64,000 nucleotides of DNA. Origin: Pristiophorus japonicus. Its lineage: Eukaryota. A program made the position numbers and the translations under genes. Shown here piece by piece: positions 50,670-62,638 of this stretch. Every line of letters begins with the position of its first letter. Within the stretch, counting starts at the first letter, position 1. Below the pieces are notes generated by a model. The model saw only the letters and a list, made by a program, of their open reading frames with translations. It had not been told where the DNA came from and made no database searches. The stretch is taken from contig NC_091983.1 in the NCBI RefSeq assembly GCF_044704955.1, forward strand, positions 18,600,001-18,664,000, read 5' to 3'.

Positions 50670-50935
50670 GATTCAGCTGGCTAGGCCCCAGGCTCTGGAA
50701 TTCCCTCCCTACATTGATTGCACTGTCTTCGGTTACCCAAGTCCCAATCCCTGAAATTGCCTCCTTGAAACCCTTCACCTCTCCACTTCCGTCTCCTCCT
50801 TTAAGACTGTCCTTAAAACTTACCTCTTTGACCATCAGCTCCTTCTTTGCCTCAGCATCCATTTTTTCCTTTCACCTTTGTGCAGCACCTTGAAATATCT
50901 TTCCTACGTTAAAAGCTCTATATAAATGCAAGCCG
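50670..50935 (+). mobile_element. Decayed L2 3' fragment
   Basis: ggccccaggctctggaattccctcc...cctttaagactgtccttaaaac...ctatataaatgcaag. Confidence 0.75.
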
Positions 50936-51104
50936 TTGATGATTCTATAACAGAAAGCTGATTTTCCAGTAGAATTGCTTTAAGTAAATCTATGGAGCTA
51001 AAACTAAAATACCTCATGATGACAAAAAGTTTACTTTTCAGTAGGTGGTATTCTTGCTTCTGACTATGTTGCACTCTCTCTCATTACTGCACCGATGCAT
51101 TTTT

Positions 51105-51445
51105 TAAAATTCATTCGCAGGATGTGGGCGATGCTGGTAAGTCCAGCATTTATTGCCCATTTCCTAATAAACTGCTGCAGTCTCGTGTGGTGAAGGTCTT
51201 TTTTTGCAGCAGGGTAAGGATGGCATATTTCCTTCCCTAAAGGACATTAGTGAACCAGATGGGTTTTTGAAGACAATCTGATAGCTTCATGGTCGCTATC
51301 ACTGATGCTAGATTTTTATTCCAGATTTATTTAAACTGAATTTAAATTCCCCAGCTGCAATGGTGGGATTTGAAGCATGTCCCGAGATTATTAGTCCAGT
51401 CCTGTGGATTACGAGTACCAGTCACATAGCCACTATGTGACCGTT
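51105..51445 (-). mobile_element. tRNA-derived SINE with a LINE-type tail (not a DeuSINE)
   Basis: The minus strand begins with tRNA-like ...catagtggctatg...gtaatcc...ttcaaatcccacc and ends ...gggcaataaatgctgg...cgcccacatcctgcgaatgaat. Confidence 0.55.
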
Positions 51446-51504
51446 CTCCCGAGACAAGCGTTGAAGCCCCAATCCAGGACTGAAATAGATAATCCAGGCA
51501 GATA

Positions 51505-53247
51505 GGGCCCAAGTTTCCACACGCGCCTAGAACGGCGCAGTCCCGACCTGGACGCCCGTTTTTCGCGCCACAAAGTGCGCCTAAAAAAATCGTCGGTATT
51601 CTCCACCTACCTGCAGGTCCTCTGGCCCTTGGTGCAGCGCAGCAGGAGCTGTAGGGGGCGGAGCCAGGTCCCTGCGCTGAAAACAGTGCCGGGACCTCTG
51701 CACATGCGCGCTACAGTGGGGCACGCAAGTGCAGTAGCTCCAGGCGCCGAACTGTGTGGGAGGGGCCCGAAGCACGCAGCCCCTAGCCCTGGCCCAATGG
51801 CCTCACTGGGGCTGCGTGAATAAGGCTGCCTCCCACGGCCAGCTCCTGCTACCCGCCCGACCCGACCAGACCCGACACTCGCTCCCCGCCCCCCCCTGCC
51901 TCCGGACCAGACCCGACATCCGCGCCCCCCCCATCCCCCCCGACTGACCCGACCCGACCCGCGCTCCTGTTCCCGCTCCACGCCCCCCCGACTGGACCCG
52001 ACCCGACCCGTGCTCTTGTTCCTGCTCACCGCCTCCCCGAGTCCCCGACTGGACCCGACCCGACCCGCGCTCCCGCCCCCCGACCCGACCCGACTCCCGC
52101 TCCAGGACTNNNNNNNNNNNNNNNNNNNNNNNNNNNNNNNNNNNNNNNNNNNNNNNNNNNNNNNNNNNNNNNNNNNNNNNNNNNNNNNNNNNNNNNNNNN
52201 NNNNNNNNNNNNNNNNNNNNNNNNNNNNNNNNNNNNNNNNNNNNNNNNNNNNNNNNNNNNNNNNNNNNNNNNNNNNNNNNNNNNNNNNNNNNNNNNNNNN
52301 NNNNNNNNNNNNNNNNNNNNNNNNNNNNNNNNNNNNNNNNNNNNNNNNNNNNNNNNNNNNNNNNNNNNNNNNNNNNNNNNNNNNNNNNNNNNNNNNNNNN
52401 NNNNNNNNNNNNNNNNNNNNNNNNNNNNNNNNNNNNNNNNNNNNNNNNNNNNNNNNNNNNNNNNNNNNNNNNNNNNNNNNNNNNNNNNNNNNNNNNNNNN
52501 NNNNNNNNNNNNNNNNNNNNNNNNNNNNNNNNNNNNNNNNNNNNNNNNNNNNNNNNNNNNNNNNNNNNNNNNNNNNNNNNNNNNNNNNNNCTTTCCCCCC
52601 CCTCTCCCTCTCTCTCCCCCCCCCTCTCTCTCCCTCTCTCTCTCCCCCCCCGACCCGAACCGAACCTCCCCTCCCCGACCCGACCCAACCCAACGCCACC
52701 TACCTGTAAATCTGGTGCTGGGGACAGGCCCTGTCCGAAGTCTCGGGCCGGCCCATTCAGCCTTCGGTCCCGAAAGGCCTGCTTGAAGCACTTTCACACA
52801 GGTAGGAAGATGGTTTATTTAATCTTTTCTTTGCTTATAAATGTTTATTCAGGTTGGATTTATTTGTATAATATTTGTATAAGTATAAATAAGGATTTAT
52901 TATAGAATTTAATGACTTCCCTTCCCCCCACCTCGTTCTGGACGCCTAATTTGTAACCTGCGCCTGATTTTTTAATGTGTAGAACAGGTTTTTTCAGTTC
53001 TACAAAAATCTTCACTTGCTCCATTCTACTTTAGTTTGGAGTACGTTTTCACTGTGGAAACTTTCAAATCAGGCTTCAGTGGCCGGACACGCCCCCTTTT
53101 GAAGAAAAAATTCTGTTCCAAAGTAGAACTGTTCTACCTGACTAGAACTGCAGAAAAAAAATGTGGAGAATTGCGATTTCTAAGATAGTCCGTTCTCCAC
53201 CAGTTGCTCCTAAAAATCAGGCGCGAATCATGTGGAAACTTGGACCC
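51505..53247. mobile_element. Young GC-rich Harbinger-type non-autonomous element with ATA TSD, inserted in a DeuSINE
   Basis: TIRs gggcccaagtttccac / gtggaaacttggaccc; ATA at 51502-51504 and 53248-53250; internal (cccga)n tract. DeuSINE-like sequence lies at about 51460-51504 and 53251-53590. Confidence 0.88.
52110..52590. other. Assembly gap (481 N)
   Basis: Run of N flanked by C-rich low-complexity sequence. Confidence 1.
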
Positions 53248-56200
53248 ATAGTGTTGTATTGAGGAGTTCCATGTTATGCTATAGTGAGATGGTAAAAACG
53301 AGGCTCTGTCTGCCTATTCAGGTGGATGTAAAAGATTCCATATCACTATCCCAAGAAGAGCAGGTGAGTTTTTCTACTACCCTGAGCAACATTCATCCTC
53401 CAATGAATGCCTCCAGAAAACACAGGTTAAATAGTTATTCCTTTTGTTGCTGTTTGCCAGGAGCTTACTTTGCACAGCATTGGCTGTTATGTTCACCTAT
53501 AAAACAGTGACTACACTTCAAAAAGTAATTCATTGTCTGTGAGGTGCTTTGGGCCAACCTGAGGATACAAAAGGTTTCATCTAAATGCAAGTGCAAACCC
53601 AAACCCTATTCATACCAAGCTGAGAACTTACTAAAGAGCCGGTCCCTGTAATTGGCAGTATAGCAGTAAAAGTCTCCTATGATGGAGCGGTGCACGAACT
53701 ACCACTATGGATTGTACCAGGAGAGGGCTCCACACTGTCCGGCAGAAGCTGACTGGGAAAAATCTGCCGGAACTGTGACAACATCCGAGCACTTTTGTCC
53801 GTCAATGATGCCTCATGTGCCCATGTTTTGAGCAAGTTCCCTTTGTTGTTTGAGCCAGGCATCGGAAATTTCTCTGGGGCGAAGGTGCAGATCCACTTGG
53901 TTCCCGGTACACGACCCATCCACCACAAGGCACGTGCAGTGCCATACATGATGCGAGAGAAAGTGGAGATCGAGCTGGACAGGCTGCAACGAGAGGGCAT
54001 CATCGTGCCGTTTGAGTTCAACGAGTGGGCCAGTCCGGTTGTTCCGGTTCTCAAGGGCGATGGCACGGTCAGAATTTGTGGGGACTATAAAGTAACGAGT
54101 AACCGTTTTTCGCTGCAGGACCAGTGCCCGCTACCCAAGGCAGATGACCAATTTGCGACGCTGGCAGGAGGGAAGATGTTCACCAAGTTGGACCTGACCT
54201 CCCCCTACATGTCGCAGGAGCTGGCGGAATCTTCGAAAGGCCTCACCCGCATCAACACGCACAAAGGTCTGTTTATCTACAGTAGATGCCCGTTTCGGAT
54301 TCGATTGGCCACGGATATTTTTCAAAGGAACATGGAGAGTCTGCTAAAGTCGGTTCCGCGCGCCGTAGTTTTCCAGGATGACATATTGATCACAGGTCGG
54401 GACACCATCGAACACTTGCAGAACTGGAAGAGGTTCTAAGTCGGCTAGATCGTGTGGGACTCAGGTTGAAACGCTCGAAGTGCGTTTTCCTGGCGCCAGA
54501 GGTCAAGTTCTTAGGGAGAAGAATTGCGGCAGATGGCATCAGACTCACCGACACAAGAAGGAGGCCATCAAGAACGTGCCGAGACCACAGAACTGACGGA
54601 GCTGCGATCGTTTCTGGCACTCCTCAATTATTTTGGTAATTTCCTACCCAGGTTAAGCACCTTGCTAGAACCTCTACATGTGTTGCTATGCAAGGGAGAT
54701 GACTGGGTATGGAGGAAATCACAAGAGATGTTTTTGAGAAAGCCAGAAATCTGTTATGTTCCAACAAACTGCTTGTTCTGTATGACCCATGTAAACTTTT
54801 AGTGCTAGCTTGTGATGCGTCTTCATACGGGGTCGGGTGTGTGTTACAATAAGCAAATGAATGGGGAACATTGCAACCAGTCACTTTTGCATCCAGGAGT
54901 TTGTCCAGGCCGAAAGGGCCGACAGCATGATTGAAAAAGAAGCTCTGGCATGTGTTTACGGGGTGAAAATAATGCACCAGTATCTGTTTGGGCTTAAGTT
55001 AGAGTTAGAAACTGACCATAAGCCGCTCATATCGCTATTCTCAGAGAGCAAAGGTATTAATACCAATGCCTCTGCTCACATCCAATGATGGGCACTCACG
55101 CTGTCTGCATATAACTATGTAATTCGCCACAGGCCAGGCACAGAGAACTGCACTGATGCTCTCAGTTGGCTACCACTGCTCACCACCGGGGTGGAAACGG
55201 CACAGCCTGCAGACTTGCTCTTGGTGATGGATGCACTTGAAAACGAAAAAAGTCACCCGTTACGACCCGCCAGATCAGGACCTGGACCAGCCAGAATCCT
55301 TTACTGTCCCTTGTAAAAAAAACTGCGTCCTCCGTGGGAGCTGGTCCAGCGACCTAGCGGAGATGCATGAAAAGATCAAGTCGTTCCAGCGGCGCAAAGA
55401 CGAAATGTCCATACAGGCGGATTGTCTTTTGTGGGATAATTGCATGGTTTTGCCGAGGAAACATTCATACGCGATCTACACAGCACCCACCCAGGCATAG
55501 TAATGATGAAAGCTATAGCCAGAACCCATTTGTGGTGGCCCGGCATTGACTCAGATTTGGAATCTTGCGTGCGCCAATGCAATACTTGCTATCAACTGAG
55601 CAATACACACAGGGAGGCACCGCTAAGTTTGTGGTCATGGCCCTCCAAACCATGGTCTAGGATCCACATTGACTTTGCAGGCTTGTTTCTAGTCAAAATG
55701 TTTTAGGTTGTTGTGGATGCTTATTCAAAATGGATTGAGTGTGTAATAATGTCTGTAAGCACGTCCACTGCCACCATCGAAAGCCCACGAGCCATGTTTG
55801 CCACGCACGGCCTGCCTGATGTCCTTGTCAGTGACAATGGGCTGTGCTTCACCAGCGCTGAATTCAAGGAATTCATGACCCGCAATGGGATCAAGTACGT
55901 CACATCAGCCCCGTTCAAGCCCGCATCTAACGGCCAGGCAGAACGGGCAGTCCAAACCATCAAGCAAAGCTTGAAATATGTGTCGGAAGGCTCCCTGCAG
56001 ACCCGCCTGTCCCGAGTCCTGCTCCAGCTACCACACAAGACTCCACTCGCTCACCGGGATTCCCCCTGCCGAACTGCTCATGAAAAGGGCACTAAAAACA
56101 AGCTCTCTCTAGTCCACCCTAATCTCCATGATCATGTTGAGGGCAGGCGCATCAACAAAGCATGTACCATGATCGCACAAATTTGTCATGCGATATTGAA

Positions 56201-56634
56201 GTCAATGACCCTGTATTTGTGTATTTGTACTCAACTATGGACATGGTCCCAAATGGCTTGTTGGCACTGTCGTAGCCAAAGGGAGTAGGGTATTTGAGGT
56301 CAAACTTGCAAATGGACTAACTTGCAGAAAGCATTTGGATCAAACCAAACTGCCATTCACAGACAGCTACGAGCAACCTGAAGAGGACACCACCAACTTC
56401 GACCCTCCGATACACACACAAGTGGCAACCAACATCACTGTTGACCACGAAGCTGAACCCATCATCCCCAGAAGCCCAACAAGGCCAGCTGCGCAGCAGC
56501 CCAGTGAAGGCCCAACCAACTCTCCTGCACCTGTGTTTGTATCGAGACGATCGACTCAGGAGCGGAAAGCCCCAGATCGTCTCACCCTGTCTATAAGTGT
56601 ACTATTGACTTTGGGGGGAGGGGGTAGGGAGTGA

Positions 56635-56847
56635 TGTTATGTATGCAACACCTTGTAACCAGCATTCTACCGCCACCAGAGGGCACATCTGTTGGAGCCC
56701 CAAGGGATCCCAGCATCCCTTGGGAGCACTGCATATAAGCAGGACTCCCATTCTGTGCCAGCATTCTGGAGTCAGAATAAAGAGACTAAGGTCACACTTA
56801 CTCAAGTCTACAGTACTCTGTCATATTGTTTTACTTGAAACATAACA
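56635..56847 (+). repeat. 3' LTR (213 bp) of the Gypsy element
   Basis: Termini TGTTATG...CATAACA; preceded by a polypurine tract (56613-56631); TATA-like catataa at about 56732; AATAAA at 56776-56781. Confidence 0.9.
56671..56687 (+). promoter_or_regulatory. CTCF-like motif inside the LTR
   Basis: cgccaccagagggcaca matches the CTCF core CCACCAGRGGGCRC. Confidence 0.55.
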
Positions 56848-58520
56848 GCGGGTTTGAGAAATGCTGCCGAAAAAGCCTTGGCGAGTGGCTGCAGTGTTTC
56901 CAGCAGAGTGGACAAGGGAGAACCAGTTGATGTGGTATATTTGGACTTTCAGAAGGCTTTCGACAAGGTCCCACACAAGAGATTAATGTGCAAAGTTAAA
57001 GCACATGGGATTGGGGGTAGTGTGCTGACATGAATTGAGAACTGGTTGGCAGACAGGAAGCAAAGAGTAGGAGTAAATGGGTACTTTTCGGAATGGCAGG
57101 CACCGCAAGGTTCTGTGCTGGGGCCCAGCTGTTTACATTGTACATTAATGATTTAGATGAGGGGATTAAATGTAGTATCTCCAAATTTGCAGATGACACT
57201 AAGTTGGGTGGCAGTGTGAGCTGCGAAGAGGATGCTATGAGGCTGCAGAATGACTTGGATGGGTTAGGTGAGTGGGCAAATGCATGGCAGATGAAGTATA
57301 ATGTGGATAAATGTGAGGTTATCCACTTTGGTTGTAAAAACAGAGAGACAGACTATTATCTGAATGGTGACAGATTAGGAAAAGGGGAGGTGTAACGAGA
57401 CCTGGGTGTCATGGTACATCAGTCATTGAAGGTTGGCATGCAGGTACAGCAGGCGGTTAAGAAGGCAAATGGCATGTTGGCCTTCATAGCGAGGAGATTT
57501 GAGTACAGGGGCAGGGAGGTGTTGCTACAGTTGTACAGGGCCTTGGTGAGGCCACACCTGGAGTATTGTGTACAGTTTTGGTCTCCTGACTTGAGGAAGG
57601 ACATTCTTGCTATTGAGGGAGTGCAGCGAAGGTTCACCAGACTGATTCCCGGGATGGCGGAACTGACATATCAAGAAAGACTGGATCAACTGGGCTTGTA
57701 TTCACTGGAGTTCAGAAGAATGAGAGGGGATCTCATAGAAACATTTAAAATTCTGACGGGTTTAGACAGGTTAGATGCAGGAAGAATGTTCCCAATGTTG
57801 AGGAAGTCCAGAACCAGGGGTCACAGTCTAAGGATAAGGGGTAAGCCATTTAGGATCGAGATGAGGAGAAACTTCTTTACCCAGAGAGTGGTGAACCTGT
57901 GGAATTCTCCACCACAGAAAGTTGTTGAGGCCAATTCACTAAATATATTCAAAAAGGAGTTATATGTAGTCCTTACTACTAGGGGGATCAAGGGGTATGG
58001 CGAGAAAGCAGGAATGGGATACTGAAGTTGCATGTTCAGCCATGAACTCATTGAATGGCGGTGTAGGCTCGAAGGGCCGAATGGCCTACTCCTGCACCTA
58101 TTTTCTATGTTTCTATGTTTCTATCTTGTAGATGGTACACACTGCAGCCACGGTGCACCGGTGGTGGAGGGAGTGGATGTTTAAGGTGGTGGATGAGGTG
58201 CCAATCAAGTGGGTTGCTTTGTCCTAGATAGTGTCGAGCTTCTTGAGTGTTGCTGGAGCTGCACTCATCCAGGCAAGTGGAGAGTATTCCATCACACTCC
58301 TGACTTGTGCCTTGTAAATGGTGGAACAGCTTTGGGGAGTCAGGAGGTGAGACACTCACCACAGAATACCCAGCCTCTGACCTGCTCTAGTAGCCACAGT
58401 ATTTATGTGGCTGGTCCAGTTAAGTTTCTGGTCAATGGTGACCCCCAGGATGTTGATGGTGGGGGATTCGACGATGGTAATGCCGTTGAATGTTAAGGGG
58501 CGGTGGTTAGACTCTCACTT
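56848..58520 (-). mobile_element. Distinct CR1-superclade LINE ORF2 C-terminal fragment (56848-56896 and 58123-58520), split by the CR1
   Basis: Minus translation PLTFNGITIVESPTINILGVTIDQKLNWTSHI...IYKAQVRSVMEYSPLAW...SLHHRCTVAAVCTIYK continues as HCSHSPRLFRQHFSNP to the left of the CR1. Confidence 0.8.
56897..58122 (+). mobile_element. CR1 RT region and 3' UTR
   Basis: Encodes DVVYLDFQKAFDKVPH and SKFADDTKL; ORF 57411-58025; (tttctatg) tail. Confidence 0.95.
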
Positions 58521-58927
58521 GTCGGTGAAGTGGACAAGAGGTCTGTACAGATGAGGCAATATGGACAACTGGAAAAAAAGACCAATACAGATCAAGCATT
58601 TAGTTAAGACTAATCCTATTAAGCAGAGAACATTTCACTTGGAATTGTGAGGTAAATGATAACAACATTTGTTATTGGAGGCTGCCTTCAGTGAAGAATT
58701 CATTTAACACATTTGCATCTTGTGATCCACCAAAATATTTCCTTACAATTTATACCTTCAAGGTATTGAATTTTCCAGCTATTTTCTTTTACATAGACAG
58801 GATGACTAAACTGGGGATAAGGTACTGGTGTCTGTAAGGGCCCACAATGTTACAAAAACTCATAAACAACATCTGTCAGTCGGAAGTCTTATGAGTGGTT
58901 GTAAATTTTGGCTGCACTTGCTGTGTT

Positions 58928-59372
58928 AGCTGTGGCTCAGTGGATAGCACACTCGCCTCTGAGTCAGAAGGTTGTGGGGGACTTGAGCACAAAAATCTAG
59001 GCTGACACTCCAGTGCGGTGCTGAGGGAGCGCTGCACTGTTGGAGGTGCTGTGTTTTGGATGCGATGTTAAACCGAGTCTGTTCAAGTCTGCTCTCTCAG
59101 GTGATCGTAAAAGATCGCATAGCACTATTTTGAAGAAGAGCAGGTGAGTTATCCCCGGTGTCCTGGCCAATATTTATTCCTCAATCAACATAACAAAAAA
59201 ACAGATTATCTGGTCATTATCACATTGCTGTTTGTGGGCGTTCTCTTGTGTGCAAATTGGCTGCCGCATTTCCTACATTAAAACAGCGATTACACTCCAA
59301 AAGTACTTCATTGGCTGTAAAGTGCTTTGAGTCGTCCGGTGGTCGTGAAAGGCGCTATATAAATCCAAGACT
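58928..59372 (+). mobile_element. Near full-length DeuSINE (SacSINE1-like)
   Basis: tRNA-like head gctgtggctcagtggatagcacactcgcctctgagtcagaagg, Deu-like core, and L2-like tail gtgaaaggcgctatataaat. Confidence 0.88.
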
Positions 59373-59767
59373 TTATTTTTTATTTAAATACATCAATGGG
59401 AACAGTAGACTGAGGCAGGGCCACTTAGAACTGACAGCCTTACTGAAGTATAGATGAGAAATCAAAACCTTCAGGGTGTTCTCACTCTCAAGATGGGGAC
59501 TGTAAGGGAGCAGGATGGATGGTAGAATTATAGTTTAGAAAGCAGCTTGGAGAAAACATGGTAATAAGTTTCAGATGATACAGCGATAAGCTAGAATGAG
59601 TTTTGGGTGATGCAACCATAAAACTGAAACTGGTTTGATCACATTGTGTGAGATATTGATAGGCAATACATTTATTTTGTTGCTATCCTCTTCAAACACT
59701 CAATTTACACTGACTTTTGCCAAAGTTGCACAACTCTCTGGCCAGAAACCAACAAATTGTTGTTTGG

Positions 59768-60045
59768 CCTCTAATCCTGCCCTCCTGAGCATCCCTGATT
59801 ATAATCGATCAACCATTGGTGGATGTGCCTTCTGTTGCCTGGGCCCTGCCTAAACCTCTCCACCTCGCTACCTCTCTCTCCTCCTTCAAGACGCTTCTTA
59901 AAACCTACCTGTCACCTGCGCTAATTTCTACTTATGCGGCTCGGTGTCAAATTTTTTAAATCTCATAATACTCCTGCGAAGCGCCTTGGGATGTTTCACT
60001 ACATTACAGGCGCTATATAAATACACGTTGTTGTTGTTTTGTTGT
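59768..60045 (+). mobile_element. L2 3' fragment
   Basis: Encodes ALLSIPDYNRSTIGGCAFCCLGP; tail ggcgctatataaatac...(gtt)n. Confidence 0.9.
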
Positions 60046-60197
60046 TACAACTTTACGATTTGCTTCAGAATAATGACTGAGTTACTTTGGTGATAAATAT
60101 TCCTGAATGTTGATGCGAAGTAGAGCTTTGCAGACTATTATACTACGCCCGCACTCACCCCCGCCCTGACTAACCGTGTTCCTTTGTGGATTATGGT

Positions 60198-60724
60198 ACC
60201 GCAACATCCTACAAATCCCCTGGGAGGACAGATGCACCAACTTTAGCGTCCTCGTCCAGGCCAACATCCCCAGCATTGAAGCACTGACCACACTCAACCA
60301 GCTCCGCTGGGCAGGCCACATAGCTCGCATGCCAGACACGAGACTCCCAAAGCAAGCGCACTACTTGGGACTCCTTCATGGCAAATGAGCCGAAGGTGGG
60401 CAGAGGAAACGTTACAAGGACACCCTCAAAGTCTCCCTGATAAAGTGCAACATCCCCACTGACACCTGGGAGTCACTGGCCAAAGACTGCCCTAAGTGGA
60501 GGAAGAGCTTCCGGGAGGGTGCTGAGCTCCTCGGGTCTCATTGCCGAGAACATGCAGAAATCAAGTGCAGGCAGCGGAAAGGGCGTGCGGCAAACCAGTC
60601 CCACCCACCCCTTCCCTCAATGACTATCTGTGCCACCTGTGACAGGGACTGTGGTTCTCATATTGGACTGTTTATAAGAGTGGAAGCAAGTCTTCCTCGA
60701 TTCCGAGGGATGGCCTATAATGAT
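60198..60724 (+). mobile_element. RTE-clade LINE 3' end
   Basis: Encodes RNILQIPWEDR...QLRWAGHIARMPDTRLPKQ...GGQRKRYKDTLK and a terminal CxxC; tail gagggatggcctataatgatg. Confidence 0.9.
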
Positions 60725-61547
60725 GGTACAGTGCACTTGATTACTAACTCATAAAGAGTGGATTGTTTCACGCTATGCTGAAGGCCTGATGAGTGATGAT
60801 GGGCCTCAAATTTCACTGCACGGTCTATCGATACCAATTTAAAGAGGGCAATCCGAATTGAATCCTAAGCCAAGCCCAGGTCCACATTAGGAGCCACACA
60901 TTGATCAAACACTGATACAGGCCCAAATGGGAAGCTCATTTGCATATGTTAAGTGAAGCCATTACCCGTCTGATAAAGCAAACGCAGCTTGCACACTTGT
61001 GTGGAGCTCCACAGTCAACTTTGAAACATAATATTGCACTGTAGGGAGCCAAGTAAATGTGTTCCAGCCAGTGATTGTTAAATAATATATAATATATTCA
61101 TGCGCTTTGTTAATGATCCCTATAAGAAAGTACTGCTCTTCTCATGCACACCCACCGAAGAGCTGTCTCAGTCCTCGTCCCATAAATAACGATCTGCCAT
61201 GTTTCCCTTGTACTTCAGTGTTGCGGTAAGTTAAGACATCAAACACATTTAACCATCTGGTGCTACAGGCTGTCAATTTTATACACTGTATACTGCTGAC
61301 ATCTGCTTTAAACACCTGGGAGCCAGCCGGAACCCAGGAGCATGCGTTATTCCTGGGGGAAATGTGATTCCATCAGTGACCTGGAAAAGTAACAGCCAAT
61401 CACCGCTGCCAATGACCTACTTCCCCCCTGCAAATTTAGAAAAATCCAGGATTTCCAACTGTGGTTGTGAATAGCTGAACGTTAACCAGGTGAAGACTGT
61501 TACACAGACCAGGCTCCCCAGATGTGATGGAGAACTGTAAGAACATT

Positions 61548-62638
61548 TGCCTAGAACTTGCTGGGAAAACAACGACAGCGAGTTTAATGGCACAGGCCTT
61601 TATTAATGTGTGAATAACCCAGCGACTTGTGGTGAGGAAGAGAGACCCCGTGAGTTATGAATCGCCACAAAATCCGGGACAATTTGCAGCGCTCCGCCCT
61701 GAGCCTCACTAAAGGGAGAGCTGGTCCTCAGCCTCCCCGTGCATTTCAAGATAATAAAATAAACTCGCCACAGATAGTTAGGGCTGATACTTAACAGTGT
61801 AATGAGGAGGTTTATGTTCCTGCAATGCCATTTAATTTCTCCGGCCCAGAAAGGGAACTATTTAAATTGCCGTCTCATTCACACAACATTTTTTGAGTGA
61901 ACAAAATAAACATTAGATCAAGTGCCCCCCGATCTGGGGGGACACTACAAACATTTCCCAAGGCCCTTTTTTTTTGTTGTATTTTTGTAGTTTTTTTTGT
62001 GGTTTTTTTTGGGCTCTAAAACCATAATTTACAAGTGCCCCCTATAAAAGGGGAGGGGGACACTAAAACCGGCAATTAAAACAAATTAAACTTTAAAACA
62101 TATAAAAACAAATTCAAATTTGGTTGCCGGGGATAATAATGCACTCCAGTCCCTCCGGTGCCCACCTCTCGCGGAAGGCCGTGAGCGTACCGGTGGACAC
62201 CACGTGCTCCATCTCCAGGGACGTCTCATTCACACAGGTGGTAAATTGCTCTTACAGGTTTTTTAAATTTAACATTTAAAATTTAAAAAAAAAATCTCTT
62301 TTCCATTCTGTCACTTTTATCCCTCTCTTAATCCAATCTTTCTTTCCCTCTCGTTTTTTCTCTTTCTGTACCTGAGTTGCCTCTAATTCACCCCATTTCC
62401 TTCTCCGTCATTCCTCTGTTTCTTTCTCAATCTTACAATCCCATTGGTTGAGGAGATAGACTGTTGGTCCCGTCGTTCACCGAGGTCCCAGGTGCCCCAT
62501 TGTCCTCACAGTGCCGTTATCTGCTGGCACTTCAAGCAATTTGCGGAGCAAAACATTTTTGAGCTGGTGGAGGAGGGGAAAAAACATCTAACTAACAGGG
62601 CACGGCGTGAGATGCCCCGCTCCAGCAAGTTCTTGTTC
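61548..62638. mobile_element. Non-autonomous DNA transposon (MITE-like) hosting a Tx1 fragment
   Basis: Near-terminal inverted match agaacttgctgg / ccagcaagttct. Confidence 0.55.
61886..62221 (-). mobile_element. Second Tx1-clade 3' fragment with a 15-bp TSD
   Basis: TSD cgtctcattcacaca at 61871-61885 and 62222-62236. Minus frame SLEMEHVVSTGTLTAFRERWAPEGLECIIIPGNQI is homologous to the 35681 copy. Confidence 0.82.

Larger units (their letters stand above)
53592..56847 (+). mobile_element. Gypsy/Ty3 LTR retrotransposon, 5'-deleted: protease C-terminus, RT, RNase H, integrase, PPT and 3' LTR; degenerate
   Basis: Encodes WASPVVPVLKGDGTVRICGDYK, KLDL, VVFQDDILITG, LACDASSYGVG, EKEALAC...TDHKPL, HSTHPG...CVRQCNTC, IHIDFAG, VSDNG and SNGQAERAV in the order PR-RT-RH-IN. 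Confidence 0.95.

Noticed and set aside
51607-52797. Long ORFs of 220-396 aa
   Set aside because: Artefacts of reading through the N gap and GC-rich low-complexity MITE sequence.
58928-59000. tRNA gene
   Set aside because: It is the tRNA-derived head of a DeuSINE with the B-box region deleted and no complete cloverleaf.
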